Program-made: the position numbers and the translations under genes | Shown here: piece by piece, positions 38,943 through 47,303 of the stretch | Layout: every line of letters begins with the position of its first letter | Position numbering within the stretch: position 1 is the first letter of the stretch | DNA from: Clostridia bacterium | Lineage (GTDB): Bacteria > Bacillota > Clostridia > Christensenellales > UBA1242 | Assembly (NCBI GenBank): GCA_017409005.1 | Contig: JAFQTP010000002.1 | Location: 478,497 to 542,496 of the forward strand | Length of the DNA stretch: 64,000 nt | Direction: 5' to 3' | The notes under the pieces: model-generated | What the model saw: only the letters and a program-made list of their open reading frames with translations | Database searches by the model: none | Told to the model about the DNA's origin: nothing

Positions 38943-40685
38943 ATGAACGACTATAAAAAAATTGCAGATTTACTATATCCAAATATAACAAAAACTCCAG
39001 AAGATTGGGAAAAGCAATATCCAGCAAGGAATTTACCTGAGGGCACCGAAATTACTAGGTTTGCTCCAAGTCCAACAGGATATATGCACATTGGGCACTT
39101 TTTTGGTGCAAATTTAGACTATCGCATTGCAAAAAGCACTCCTAACGGACAATTTTTGTTTAGATTAGAAGATACCGATAAAAAACGTGAAATTGTGGGA
39201 AGCGATATTGTTGCACTAAAAACATTGGCATATTATGGTATTGTGCCAGACGAAGGTTTCACAATCGACCGTACTAACAATGGTAAATATGGTCCATATC
39301 GTCAAAGCGACAGAACTGAAATTTATCAAACTTATGCTAAAAAACTTGTTGCCGAAGGCAAAGCCTTTCCATGTTTTTGTGAAAAACCAGAAGGGAAACA
39401 AGAGGTTCTAGAAAATCGCGAACAACAATTAACCGAAGGTAAACAAGTTGTTGAAAAAGACCCTTGTCGCAAACTTACTTTGTCTGAAATTGAGGCTAAT
39501 TTAAAAGCGGGCAAAAAGTTCTGTATTCGCTTAAAATCTAACGGGAAAGAGGGCGACAAAGTTAAAGTTAACGATGTTGTTAGAGGTGTTAGAGAAGTTG
39601 GTGCAAACTGTAAAGATGTTGTTTTAATTAAAGATAACGGAATTCCGCCATATGCTTTTGCACATGCTGTAGACGACCATTTAATGCGTACAACCACTGT
39701 TGTTAGGGGTGAAGAATGGATTTCAACATGGCCACAACACGTTGAAATTTTTGAAGCATTAGGATTTACACCACTAAAATATATTCACACACCAGTTCTT
39801 TGTAAAATTGGCGAAAATGGTAATAAACGCAAAATTTCTAAGTCTAAAGACCCTGAAGCTGATATGCGTTTCTACATTCAAGCAGGTTTACCACAAGAAG
39901 CTGTTACCGAATATTTACTGAACATTATGAACAGTAATTTTGAAGATTGGCGTGCTAAAAATCCAGATGCAAATGTTAACGATTTTCCATTTAGTGCTAA
40001 AAAAATTGGAACATCTAGTCCATTTTTCGACATTGTTAAATTAGAAGATGTTTCTAAAAATATTATTTCTAAAATGACAGCCGAAGAGGTTTATAGCCGC
40101 ACACTAGATTGGGCAGAGGAATTTAACTACGATTTTGAAGAAGAAAGCAAGGTGCGTTTAGGTGCCGATTATAAGGCTCCAAGTGTAAATCCAGCTGAAT
40201 TTGCAATGGTTTTAAAAACCAATAAAGAATTTGCAATTAAAACATTCTCAATCGATCGTGGAACAGCAAAACCTCGTAAAGATATTGCTAAATGGAGTGA
40301 GGTTCCAACTTACTTTAACTATATGTTTGGTTACTTTAATCCAACCAGTTTATCTGATTACGATTATGATTTTACAAAAATCACACCAGAGGTTGCCAAC
40401 GAATTTATTTTCGATTATTCAAAAGTTTATTCTAGTGCCGACGAAAAAGATGTGTGGTTTAATAAAATAAAAGAAGTTGCCGAACGACATGGTTTTGCAA
40501 CCGACAATAAACTTTATAAAGCAAATCCAGAAAACTATGTGGGCAACACCGCCGATGCGTGCACACTAATTAGGCTTGCAATAACTGGCAGAACTAATTC
40601 GCCAGACTTATTCTCAATTTGTGCAGTTTTAGGGGATAACTTAGTTCAACAAAAAATTCAAAAATTTATAGATGTTTTAATTTAA
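38943..40685 (+). CDS. gltX: glutamate--tRNA ligase family protein (long, 580-aa form)
   Basis: Class I synthetase motifs RFAPSPTGYMHIGH (HIGH) and KISKSK (KMSKS). GluRS-type RFAPSPTG rather than GlnRS-type. Confidence 0.78.
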   Translation: MNDYKKIADLLYPNITKTPEDWEKQYPARNLPEGTEITRFAPSPTGYMHIGHFFGANLDYRIAKSTPNGQFLFRLEDTDKKREIVGSDIVALKTLAYYGIVPDEGFTIDRTNNGKYGPYRQSDRTEIYQTYAKKLVAEGKAFPCFCEKPEGKQEVLENREQQLTEGKQVVEKDPCRKLTLSEIEANLKAGKKFCIRLKSNGKEGDKVKVNDVVRGVREVGANCKDVVLIKDNGIPPYAFAHAVDDHLMRTTTVVRGEEWISTWPQHVEIFEALGFTPLKYIHTPVLCKIGENGNKRKISKSKDPEADMRFYIQAGLPQEAVTEYLLNIMNSNFEDWRAKNPDANVNDFPFSAKKIGTSSPFFDIVKLEDVSKNIISKMTAEEVYSRTLDWAEEFNYDFEEESKVRLGADYKAPSVNPAEFAMVLKTNKEFAIKTFSIDRGTAKPRKDIAKWSEVPTYFNYMFGYFNPTSLSDYDYDFTKITPEVANEFIFDYSKVYSSADEKDVWFNKIKEVAERHGFATDNKLYKANPENYVGNTADACTLIRLAITGRTNSPDLFSICAVLGDNLVQQKIQKFIDVLI

Positions 40686-40691
40686 AGTAAT

Positions 40692-40725
40692 ATTTGAACC
40701 AATTTTTTGGTTCAAATGTTATTTT
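40692..40725 (+). terminator. intrinsic terminator
   Basis: TTTGAACCAA-TTTT-TTGGTTCAAA perfect 10-bp stem followed by a T-rich run. Confidence 0.65.
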
Positions 40726-40743
40726 TAAGTTAGGAGGAATTTA

Positions 40744-42294
40744 ATGGGAATTATTGAAATAAATAATTTCTCACAAGACTTTGGCGATAAAACTTTGTTT
40801 GAAGATACTTCGTTTGTATTAAACCCGAACGAAAAAATTGGATTAACAGGTGTTAATGGTGCAGGTAAAAGTACGCTTCTAAAAATTATAATGGGCGAGG
40901 TTTTACTTGATAAAGGAACCTTTTATAAAAATCCACGATACAGAGTTGAATATTTAGACCAACATGCCGAAGTTAAAGGGGAAGACACAATTAAAGAATA
41001 TTTGTGTGGTGCATTTAAAGTGTTGTTTGATGCCGAGAAAAAGCTTAACGAAGTTAACGACCAACTTGCATCAGAAACAAACCCGGGCAAACTTGAAATG
41101 TTACTTAATAAAAGTGGCGATTTGTTTGAATACTTAACCTCAAACAATTTTTATTCAATCGATAGTGAAATCGAAAAAGTGGCTGCGGGTTTAGGCATAA
41201 CAGCATTTGGCTTAAACACACAGGTAAAAACATTAAGCGGTGGGCAACGTGCAAAAGTAATGCTTGCAAAATTACTTCTAGAAAGTCCAGATGTTATGGT
41301 GCTTGACGAACCAACAAACTTTTTAGATGTTAACCATATTGAATGGCTTACAAAATTTATAAATGCTTCCGATAAAGCGTTTATAATTGTTAGCCACGAT
41401 ACACAATTTTTAAACAATGTTGTAACACACATTTGTGATGTAGATAATAATAAAATTAACAAATATGTTGGCAACTACGATAAGTGCATGGCAACAAAGG
41501 AAGCAAAACGTATTCAACATGAAAAAAACTACGAGCAACAACAACGTGAAATTAAAAAGATGGAAGATTACATTGCTCGAAATAAAGCACGTGCAGCAAC
41601 TGCAGGTATGGCACACTCGCGTGAAAAAATGTTAAATCGCATGGAAGTAATAACACCACCAAGCGAACAAATTAAACCTACTTTTAGTTTTAAATATAAA
41701 GAGTTTGCTGGTAACCTTGTTTTAAAAGTTGAAAAACTAAGCGTTGGTTACAATGGTAAACCACTTTTAAAACCAATTAGTTTCGAGGTTGAAAATGGCG
41801 ACAGGGTTGCTATAACTGGTTTTAACGGAATTGGTAAAAGTACACTTTTAAAAACAATTATTGGTGCCATTCCTAAAATTGATGGAACTAGCACAATTTC
41901 GCGTAACATTGTGGTGGGCTACTACGAACAAGAAAACGACTTCCATTTATTTGAGGGCACACCACTAAATTATGTTTGTCAGCAGTTTCCAAAGCTAAAC
42001 GAAAAAGATGTTAGAACTGCACTTAGTAAATGCGGTTTAAATAGTGTTCATTGCCGTAAACAAATTAAACAATTAAGTGGTGGCGAGCAAAGCAAAATTA
42101 AAATTTGTACACTTGTTTTAAAGCCTTGCAACTTGTTAATTCTCGACGAACCAACAAACCACCTAGATGTGTTTGCAATAGATAGGCTTCAACAAGCAAT
42201 TGCTGAGTTTAAAGGTACTGTTATTTTTGTTAGCCACAGCAAGCAGTTTGTTAAAGACGTTGCAACAAAAGTAATCAATCTTGAAAATTTATAA
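40744..42294 (+). CDS. ABC-F family ATPase (translation-associated; no membrane domain)
   Basis: Two cassettes. Walker A GVNGAGKST and GFNGIGKST. Signatures LSGGQRAKV and LSGGEQSKI. Charged inter-domain linker (QHEKNYEQQQREIKKMEDYIARNKARA). Confidence 0.9.
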   Translation: MGIIEINNFSQDFGDKTLFEDTSFVLNPNEKIGLTGVNGAGKSTLLKIIMGEVLLDKGTFYKNPRYRVEYLDQHAEVKGEDTIKEYLCGAFKVLFDAEKKLNEVNDQLASETNPGKLEMLLNKSGDLFEYLTSNNFYSIDSEIEKVAAGLGITAFGLNTQVKTLSGGQRAKVMLAKLLLESPDVMVLDEPTNFLDVNHIEWLTKFINASDKAFIIVSHDTQFLNNVVTHICDVDNNKINKYVGNYDKCMATKEAKRIQHEKNYEQQQREIKKMEDYIARNKARAATAGMAHSREKMLNRMEVITPPSEQIKPTFSFKYKEFAGNLVLKVEKLSVGYNGKPLLKPISFEVENGDRVAITGFNGIGKSTLLKTIIGAIPKIDGTSTISRNIVVGYYEQENDFHLFEGTPLNYVCQQFPKLNEKDVRTALSKCGLNSVHCRKQIKQLSGGEQSKIKICTLVLKPCNLLILDEPTNHLDVFAIDRLQQAIAEFKGTVIFVSHSKQFVKDVATKVINLENL

Positions 42295-42331
42295 AAATAT
42301 CAAGTTTTATTAAAATTAAATAGGCATAAAC

Positions 42332-42367
42332 AAAAAGAACCAAAATTAATATTTTGGTTCTTTTTTT
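42332..42367. terminator. bidirectional terminator between convergent ABC-F and glnN
   Basis: AAAAAGAACCAAAAT-TAAT-ATTTTGGTTCTTTTTTT. Confidence 0.75.
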
Positions 42368-42419
42368 GTGGCAAATATGCTAGTTATTGTCATAACACGT
42401 CAAACTAATGACAATAAAC

Positions 42420-44492
42420 CTAGTTAAATAGCATGTCGTTGTAGGTTGGGAATGGTTTTAAGTTGTTTGGAATAAAGTGTTCAATTTTATCATAGTTAGT
42501 TCTAATGTTGTTTATTAGGGTGTTAACATCAGTTAATGTTTTAAGTGTTTTGTCTGTAATGTTTGTTGTGTCAATTTTGTTTATAAGATTGTTTAACTTA
42601 TCGCTAAGCACACTTAATTCGTTAATTGCGGTTGTTAATATTTCTAATAATTTATTTCTTGAATCGTGTTTTCCACCAGCATAATTTTTAACTGAATTTG
42701 CAAGTTCTAAAATATATTTATTAATGCTAGGAATAACATTTTCGTAAACCATTTGACATAGCGTTAATGCTTCAATTTTAACTGCTTCGGCATACGCTTT
42801 TTTAATTGTTGCTTTTCTTAAAAGCAGTTCGCTTTTATTTAACACTTTTGTACTTTCAAACAAGTCAATAACATCTTCACTAGAGTAAATATCAAAGCAA
42901 TCGGTTGTGTTTGCATATTCAATAAGACCACGTTTTTCTGCTTCAATTTTCCATGACTTATCATAACCATTACCATCAAAAATAATACGTTTATGATTTT
43001 CGTAATTTTCTTTAATTAGTTTTTTAACCTCAAGTGTTTTATCTGAAGCTGCTTCAAGTTTGTTTGCAGCCTCGTTTAACACTTTAGCCATAATTGTGCA
43101 AATGCAAGTACAAGGCCAGCTTAGGTTTTGGCTTGATCCCACCATTCTAAATTCAAACTTGTTGGTTGTGTAAGCAAAAGGGCTTGTTCGGTTGCGGTCG
43201 CAAAAATCTTTATCTGGCTTTAACATGCTTTTAACCCCAACGTCTAAAACCGATTTTTTGTTGCTAGTTTCAATTTTGCCTTTAAACATGTGTTCAATGT
43301 TTTCGCCAACAAAAACAGATATTAATGTTGGCGGAGCCTCGTCGCCACCAAGTCTAAAATCGTTGCCATGATGGGCAGTGCTACACCTTATAACTTTATA
43401 ATATTTATCAATTGCTTTAATCATTGAACTAAAGAAAATTAAAAATAAATTTTTATCAGCAATGTTTGAGTCTAACAAATTAATTCCAGTATCGGTTGAA
43501 ATTGACCAGTTAATGTGCTTGCCACTTCCGTTAATGTAATTAAATGGTTTTTCGTGGAATAGTGCTTCCATACCATGCCTTTTTGCAGTTTTGCTAATGG
43601 TTTCCATAATTAGTTGATTTTGGTCGGCAGAAATGTTTGCTGGTGCAAAAATAGGAACAAGTTCGTGTTGGCATGGAGCAACTTCATTGTGTTGTAGTTT
43701 TGCCATAATTCCAAGTTTCCAAAGTTCTATATTAACCTCATTCATAAATGCACTAATTTCGTCTTCAATAATTCCAAAATAGTGTGAACTAATTTCTTGG
43801 TTTTTAATTGGGGCAGAACCTAGTAGTGTGCGGTTAGCAATTTTTAAGTCTAAGCGATTGTTAAAATGTTTGCTTTTAATTAAAAAATATTCTTGTTCAC
43901 CACCAATGTTGCAAATAACACGTTTAACATTGGTGTAACCTAGTGCGTGCAAAATTCTGGTAGATTCTTTATTTAAACTTTCAAGTGCTCTAAGCAGTGG
44001 TGTTTTCTCGTCGAGTGCAGTGCCAACAAACGAACAAAATGCGGTTGGAATAAATAAAGTTTTGTTTCCAGATTTATCATCTTTAATAAATGCCGGAGAT
44101 GTATAGTCCCAAACAGTGTAGCCACGTGCTTCAAAGGTTAGTCGTTCTCCACCATTAGGAAAGCTTGAAGCGTCAGTTTCGCCTTTTATTAACGATTTTG
44201 CGCTAAACTCTTCAACAACTTTACCTTTTTTTGTTGGTTCTATAAATGCAACTTGCTTTTCAGCTGTTTTGCCAGTTAATGGGGCAAACCAATGTGAATA
44301 GTGTGTTGCACCATTTTTAATTGCCCATGTTTTCATGGCGTGTGCAACATGGCTTGCAATTGTTTTGCTAAGAGGCAAGCCGTCTTCTTTTGTTTTTAAG
44401 TAGTTTTTATACCATTTGCTTGGCATATGTTTTTTTAACACGTCGTCGGTGCAAACATTTATGCCAAATAATTTTTCTGTAACACTTTTCAT
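42420..44492 (-). CDS. glnN: type III glutamine synthetase
   Basis: 690 aa, which is GSIII length. GS ATP-site signature EKPFNYINGSGKHINWS. The N-terminal region is typical of GlnN-type enzymes. Confidence 0.88.
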   Translation of the reverse strand: MKSVTEKLFGINVCTDDVLKKHMPSKWYKNYLKTKEDGLPLSKTIASHVAHAMKTWAIKNGATHYSHWFAPLTGKTAEKQVAFIEPTKKGKVVEEFSAKSLIKGETDASSFPNGGERLTFEARGYTVWDYTSPAFIKDDKSGNKTLFIPTAFCSFVGTALDEKTPLLRALESLNKESTRILHALGYTNVKRVICNIGGEQEYFLIKSKHFNNRLDLKIANRTLLGSAPIKNQEISSHYFGIIEDEISAFMNEVNIELWKLGIMAKLQHNEVAPCQHELVPIFAPANISADQNQLIMETISKTAKRHGMEALFHEKPFNYINGSGKHINWSISTDTGINLLDSNIADKNLFLIFFSSMIKAIDKYYKVIRCSTAHHGNDFRLGGDEAPPTLISVFVGENIEHMFKGKIETSNKKSVLDVGVKSMLKPDKDFCDRNRTSPFAYTTNKFEFRMVGSSQNLSWPCTCICTIMAKVLNEAANKLEAASDKTLEVKKLIKENYENHKRIIFDGNGYDKSWKIEAEKRGLIEYANTTDCFDIYSSEDVIDLFESTKVLNKSELLLRKATIKKAYAEAVKIEALTLCQMVYENVIPSINKYILELANSVKNYAGGKHDSRNKLLEILTTAINELSVLSDKLNNLINKIDTTNITDKTLKTLTDVNTLINNIRTNYDKIEHFIPNNLKPFPTYNDMLFN

Positions 44493-44522
44493 AATTTAAC
44501 TCCTAAATCTTAAATTTAAAAT

Positions 44523-44557
44523 AAAAAAAGAAACGGTCAATTTGTTTAACCGTTTCT
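44523..44557 (-). terminator. leader (attenuator-type) intrinsic terminator upstream of glnN
   Basis: On the minus strand: GAAACGGT-(11 nt)-ACCGTTTC followed by TTTTTTTATTTT. It sits ~30 nt before the glnN start codon, inside a ~200-nt leader. Confidence 0.6.
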
Positions 44558-44698
44558 AAAATAAAGTTCTGTTTTTATAAATAGACAACAAAAAACAAAT
44601 TGTTACTGGACAATTAAGTAAAATTTATTTTGTTGTTGTTGATTTAATGTGTAGAACATAACTTTCCCTTTCAAATTTGTAATTTGTTTACATTATTT

Positions 44699-44726
44699 AT
44701 TATATGCGTCTAAAAGCGTTTGTCAA
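44699..44726 (-). promoter_or_regulatory. candidate sigma-A promoter of glnN
   Basis: On the minus strand: TTGACA, 16 nt, TATAAT. Confidence 0.6.
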
Positions 44727-44810
44727 CAATGTTTTTAAATTTTTTTATAACTGAGTTTTCACAAATCAATTTGCTGTGCTATACTTATAAAAAATAGGGG
44801 GAGTGGTTTT

Positions 44811-45683
44811 ATGGCTAAAAGAAAATCATTAATAGTTAGCTTAATTAGCACAATTGTTGGTTTGGTTATGCTTGTTGCAATAATTGCAGTTGCGCTAATT
44901 GCCTTTGTGAAAATAAAATTTGATGTTAATTTATTTGATGTTATTTCACAGGTAAAAACATTAACCGAAGAGGTTAACGAAAACGAAGCTTACACAAACA
45001 AATTTTTATCGGACGATTTACAATCTACGCAAGTTTCGGTTAACACGTCATTTAATGCCGACGTTGTAACTTATTCCGAAGCCGAAGGTTACAAAATTTC
45101 TGATAGCATTTCAAACAATTTATCTGTTAGTTTACAGCTATCCGATAAACAAGTGGCAGCACTTATAAGCATGATTTTAAAAAATCAAGAAAATCCAACT
45201 GGTGTAACCATTGGCGACACAACTTTAACAATTAGTCTTGTTCAAGTTCAGTTTTCTAATTTGGTTGATAATGCTGTAGATTATAATGTGGTTGTTAAAG
45301 TTGATTTAACTCCGCTAAAAGAAAATATGTCTGGTTTTCCATTTAACTTAATTTCTAACTACTTACCAAACAATGTTTACATTTCAAGCACCATTACCAT
45401 AACCAAAGGTGCAAACGCGTTTGAATATAGTTACACAAGTAAATCTTTAGAAATTAACAATTTGAAAACCGACGAAGTAAATAGTTTGCTTACCACAATT
45501 AACAAGTTTATTGAGTTTGGCGATGCTGCAAAATTAAATAACATGATTGCAGGTTCGTTTGCCGATGCAATGCTTGGAAATAGTGAAGTTAATGGTTTTG
45601 CTTATTCGTTAAAAAATGCTGGTGCCACCGATTTTAATTTTGTTGAAAGTGGCGAACAAATTCTTTTAGAAATAACTATTTAA
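44811..45683 (+). CDS. hypothetical membrane-anchored protein
   Basis: 290 aa. SD GGGGGAG. N-terminal TM LIVSLISTIVGLVMLVAIIAVALIAFV followed by an S/T/N-rich extracytoplasmic domain. No recognisable motif. Confidence 0.65.
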   Translation: MAKRKSLIVSLISTIVGLVMLVAIIAVALIAFVKIKFDVNLFDVISQVKTLTEEVNENEAYTNKFLSDDLQSTQVSVNTSFNADVVTYSEAEGYKISDSISNNLSVSLQLSDKQVAALISMILKNQENPTGVTIGDTTLTISLVQVQFSNLVDNAVDYNVVVKVDLTPLKENMSGFPFNLISNYLPNNVYISSTITITKGANAFEYSYTSKSLEINNLKTDEVNSLLTTINKFIEFGDAAKLNNMIAGSFADAMLGNSEVNGFAYSLKNAGATDFNFVESGEQILLEITI

Positions 45684-45699
45684 CAAGGCGGATACAATA

Positions 45700-46191
45700 A
45701 TGGTAATTACAGATTTTATAGGTGTGAACCACGAAATAAATGGTTGCTTGGGTTGCGCATTAAACAATAATCCGGCAATAAATCCGTGTGGAATAATTTA
45801 TAAAAATAATAGTTTTAGTGTTTCGCAAGATATCGAACTTCCAATTAATGGTTTTATTATTTTAACTTCTAATAGACACATTGAAAAATTTACTGAATTA
45901 ACAATGCAAGAAGTTTCAGATTTAGGAGCTCTTATAACAAAATGTTTAAACATAATGCGTTCAAATGGTGTTGCCGAGGAGTTTAATATTGTGCTAGAAG
46001 AAAAGGCAGGGAGCCATTTTCATGTTTGGTTAATGCCAAGGCACAAGTGGATGCTTGAAAAGTTTGGTAAGGTGTTAAAAAACATAAAGCCTATTCAAGA
46101 ATATGCAATTAAAAACCTAAAAACACCAGAGCAACTTAAACAAATTAAAAGCACTTGCAAGTTGCTTTCAACCATGTTAAACGCAAACTAA
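45700..46191 (+). CDS. HIT-family (histidine triad-like) hydrolase
   Basis: 163 aa. N-terminal CLGC and C-terminal HFHVWLMPRH triad-like motif. Confidence 0.7.
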   Translation: MVITDFIGVNHEINGCLGCALNNNPAINPCGIIYKNNSFSVSQDIELPINGFIILTSNRHIEKFTELTMQEVSDLGALITKCLNIMRSNGVAEEFNIVLEEKAGSHFHVWLMPRHKWMLEKFGKVLKNIKPIQEYAIKNLKTPEQLKQIKSTCKLLSTMLNAN

Positions 46192-46212
46192 TCAGCTACT
46201 ATGCAAATAAAC

Positions 46213-46241
46213 AAAAAGAGGCTAAATTTAGCCTCTTTTTT
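46213..46241. terminator. bidirectional terminator between HIT and NUDIX genes
   Basis: AAAAAGAGGCTAAA-TT-TAGCCTCTTTTTT. Overlaps the NUDIX stop codon. Confidence 0.8.
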
Positions 46242-46743
46242 AAATGTCTTGTAAAGCTTCGCGAAGTTTTTCAACAACACCATATTTAAATTTTATTTTA
46301 GTTAAAAATTCTTCTTTTGTTAGTTTTGCAATTTCAACGTCGGCAATAAATTCGCCACTAATGCCAAGGTGTTCTTGCTTAACAACTTTTATAGGTTTGC
46401 ACAAATAATAAAACTCAACACATTTAGGGTAGAACTTTGTTCCGTTATATTCCATGCTGCCTCTGTAATAATGCTTAAACAATAGTTTTTCAGGTTTAAC
46501 CTTAATGCCCATTTCTTCTAGCACTTCACGTTTACACCCATTTGTTGCAGTTTCGCCGTCGTTAATGCCACCGCCAGAAATTCCGTAAATATCCTTTTCC
46601 GGAACATGCAAAACTAAAAAAGAGTCGCCATCTTTAATTATTGCACGGGCTTTTCTAAAAAATTTACCTTGCTTATAAAGATTGTAGGCAAACCTACTTT
46701 TTTCTTCAAAATATTGTTCTCTTTCACTTGAAATGTTTTCCAT
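46240..46743 (-). CDS. NUDIX hydrolase
   Basis: Nudix box GGGINDGETATNGCKREVLEEMGI (GX5EX7REUXEEXGU). Confidence 0.88.
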   Translation of the reverse strand: MENISSEREQYFEEKSRFAYNLYKQGKFFRKARAIIKDGDSFLVLHVPEKDIYGISGGGINDGETATNGCKREVLEEMGIKVKPEKLLFKHYYRGSMEYNGTKFYPKCVEFYYLCKPIKVVKQEHLGISGEFIADVEIAKLTKEEFLTKIKFKYGVVEKLREALQDI

Positions 46744-46998
46744 ATACCTAATTCTATACTATAAACAATAAAACAACAAATAAAATTTATTATCAATAAA
46801 AAATATTTTTTAATAAAATGTAAACAATACTTTACATTTGTTTCGAGGTTTAATATAATATAAATGTAAAGTATACTTAACATATTTTATGGCAAAACGT
46901 CCATGGCCTGTTTTGTTTGGTTCGGTTTTACATGGGTTGGTGTGTGTTGCTATGATTGTGTTATACATTGTTTCTAATGTGCAAGGGTGGTGGATTTA

Positions 46999-47205
46999 AT
47001 GGATAAAGAACTAATTTTAAAAAATAATATAAAGGCGGTTAGAACCAACCAAAAAATTTCGCAAGAAGAACTTGCAAATTTGGTTGGAACAACTCGCCAA
47101 ACCATAATTGCCATCGAAAAAGGGCAGTTTAATCCGTCTGCTAAACTTGCACTTTTAATTTGCGTTGCTTTAAATGTAAAATTTGAAGAACTATTTTACT
47201 TTTAA
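46999..47205 (+). CDS. small XRE-family HTH transcriptional regulator
   Basis: 68 aa from ATG 46999. HTH_3 core ISQEELANLVGTTRQTIIAIEKGQFNPS. Confidence 0.85.
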   Translation: MDKELILKNNIKAVRTNQKISQEELANLVGTTRQTIIAIEKGQFNPSAKLALLICVALNVKFEELFYF

Positions 47206-47208
47206 TTT

Positions 47209-47236
47209 AAAGGAATTCATTTGAATTCCTTTTTTT
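47209..47236 (+). terminator. intrinsic terminator
   Basis: AAAGGAATTCA-TT-TGAATTCCTTT hairpin plus TTTTT. Confidence 0.75.
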
Positions 47237-47303
47237 ATGCTTGTTTATTTTTAAAATGTTAATTTTTTTGTTATACTAATGGTAGTTATGGAGGGTTAAA
47301 CAC

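Noticed and set aside
44493-44726. A GlnR/TnrA operator, an ANTAR two-hairpin target, a T-box or a glutamine riboswitch in the glnN leader.
   Set aside because: - The TGTAA-N5-TTACA repeat has the wrong spacing for TGTNA-N7-TNACA.
- No pair of hexaloop hairpins with the A..G pattern was found.
- No T-box or glnA-RNA consensus blocks were found.
- It is therefore kept only as a generic attenuator.
46638-46883. 81-aa minus-strand ORF spanning the NUDIX start and promoter region.
   Set aside because: It overlaps the NUDIX gene in another frame, runs through AT-rich promoter DNA, and has no SD.
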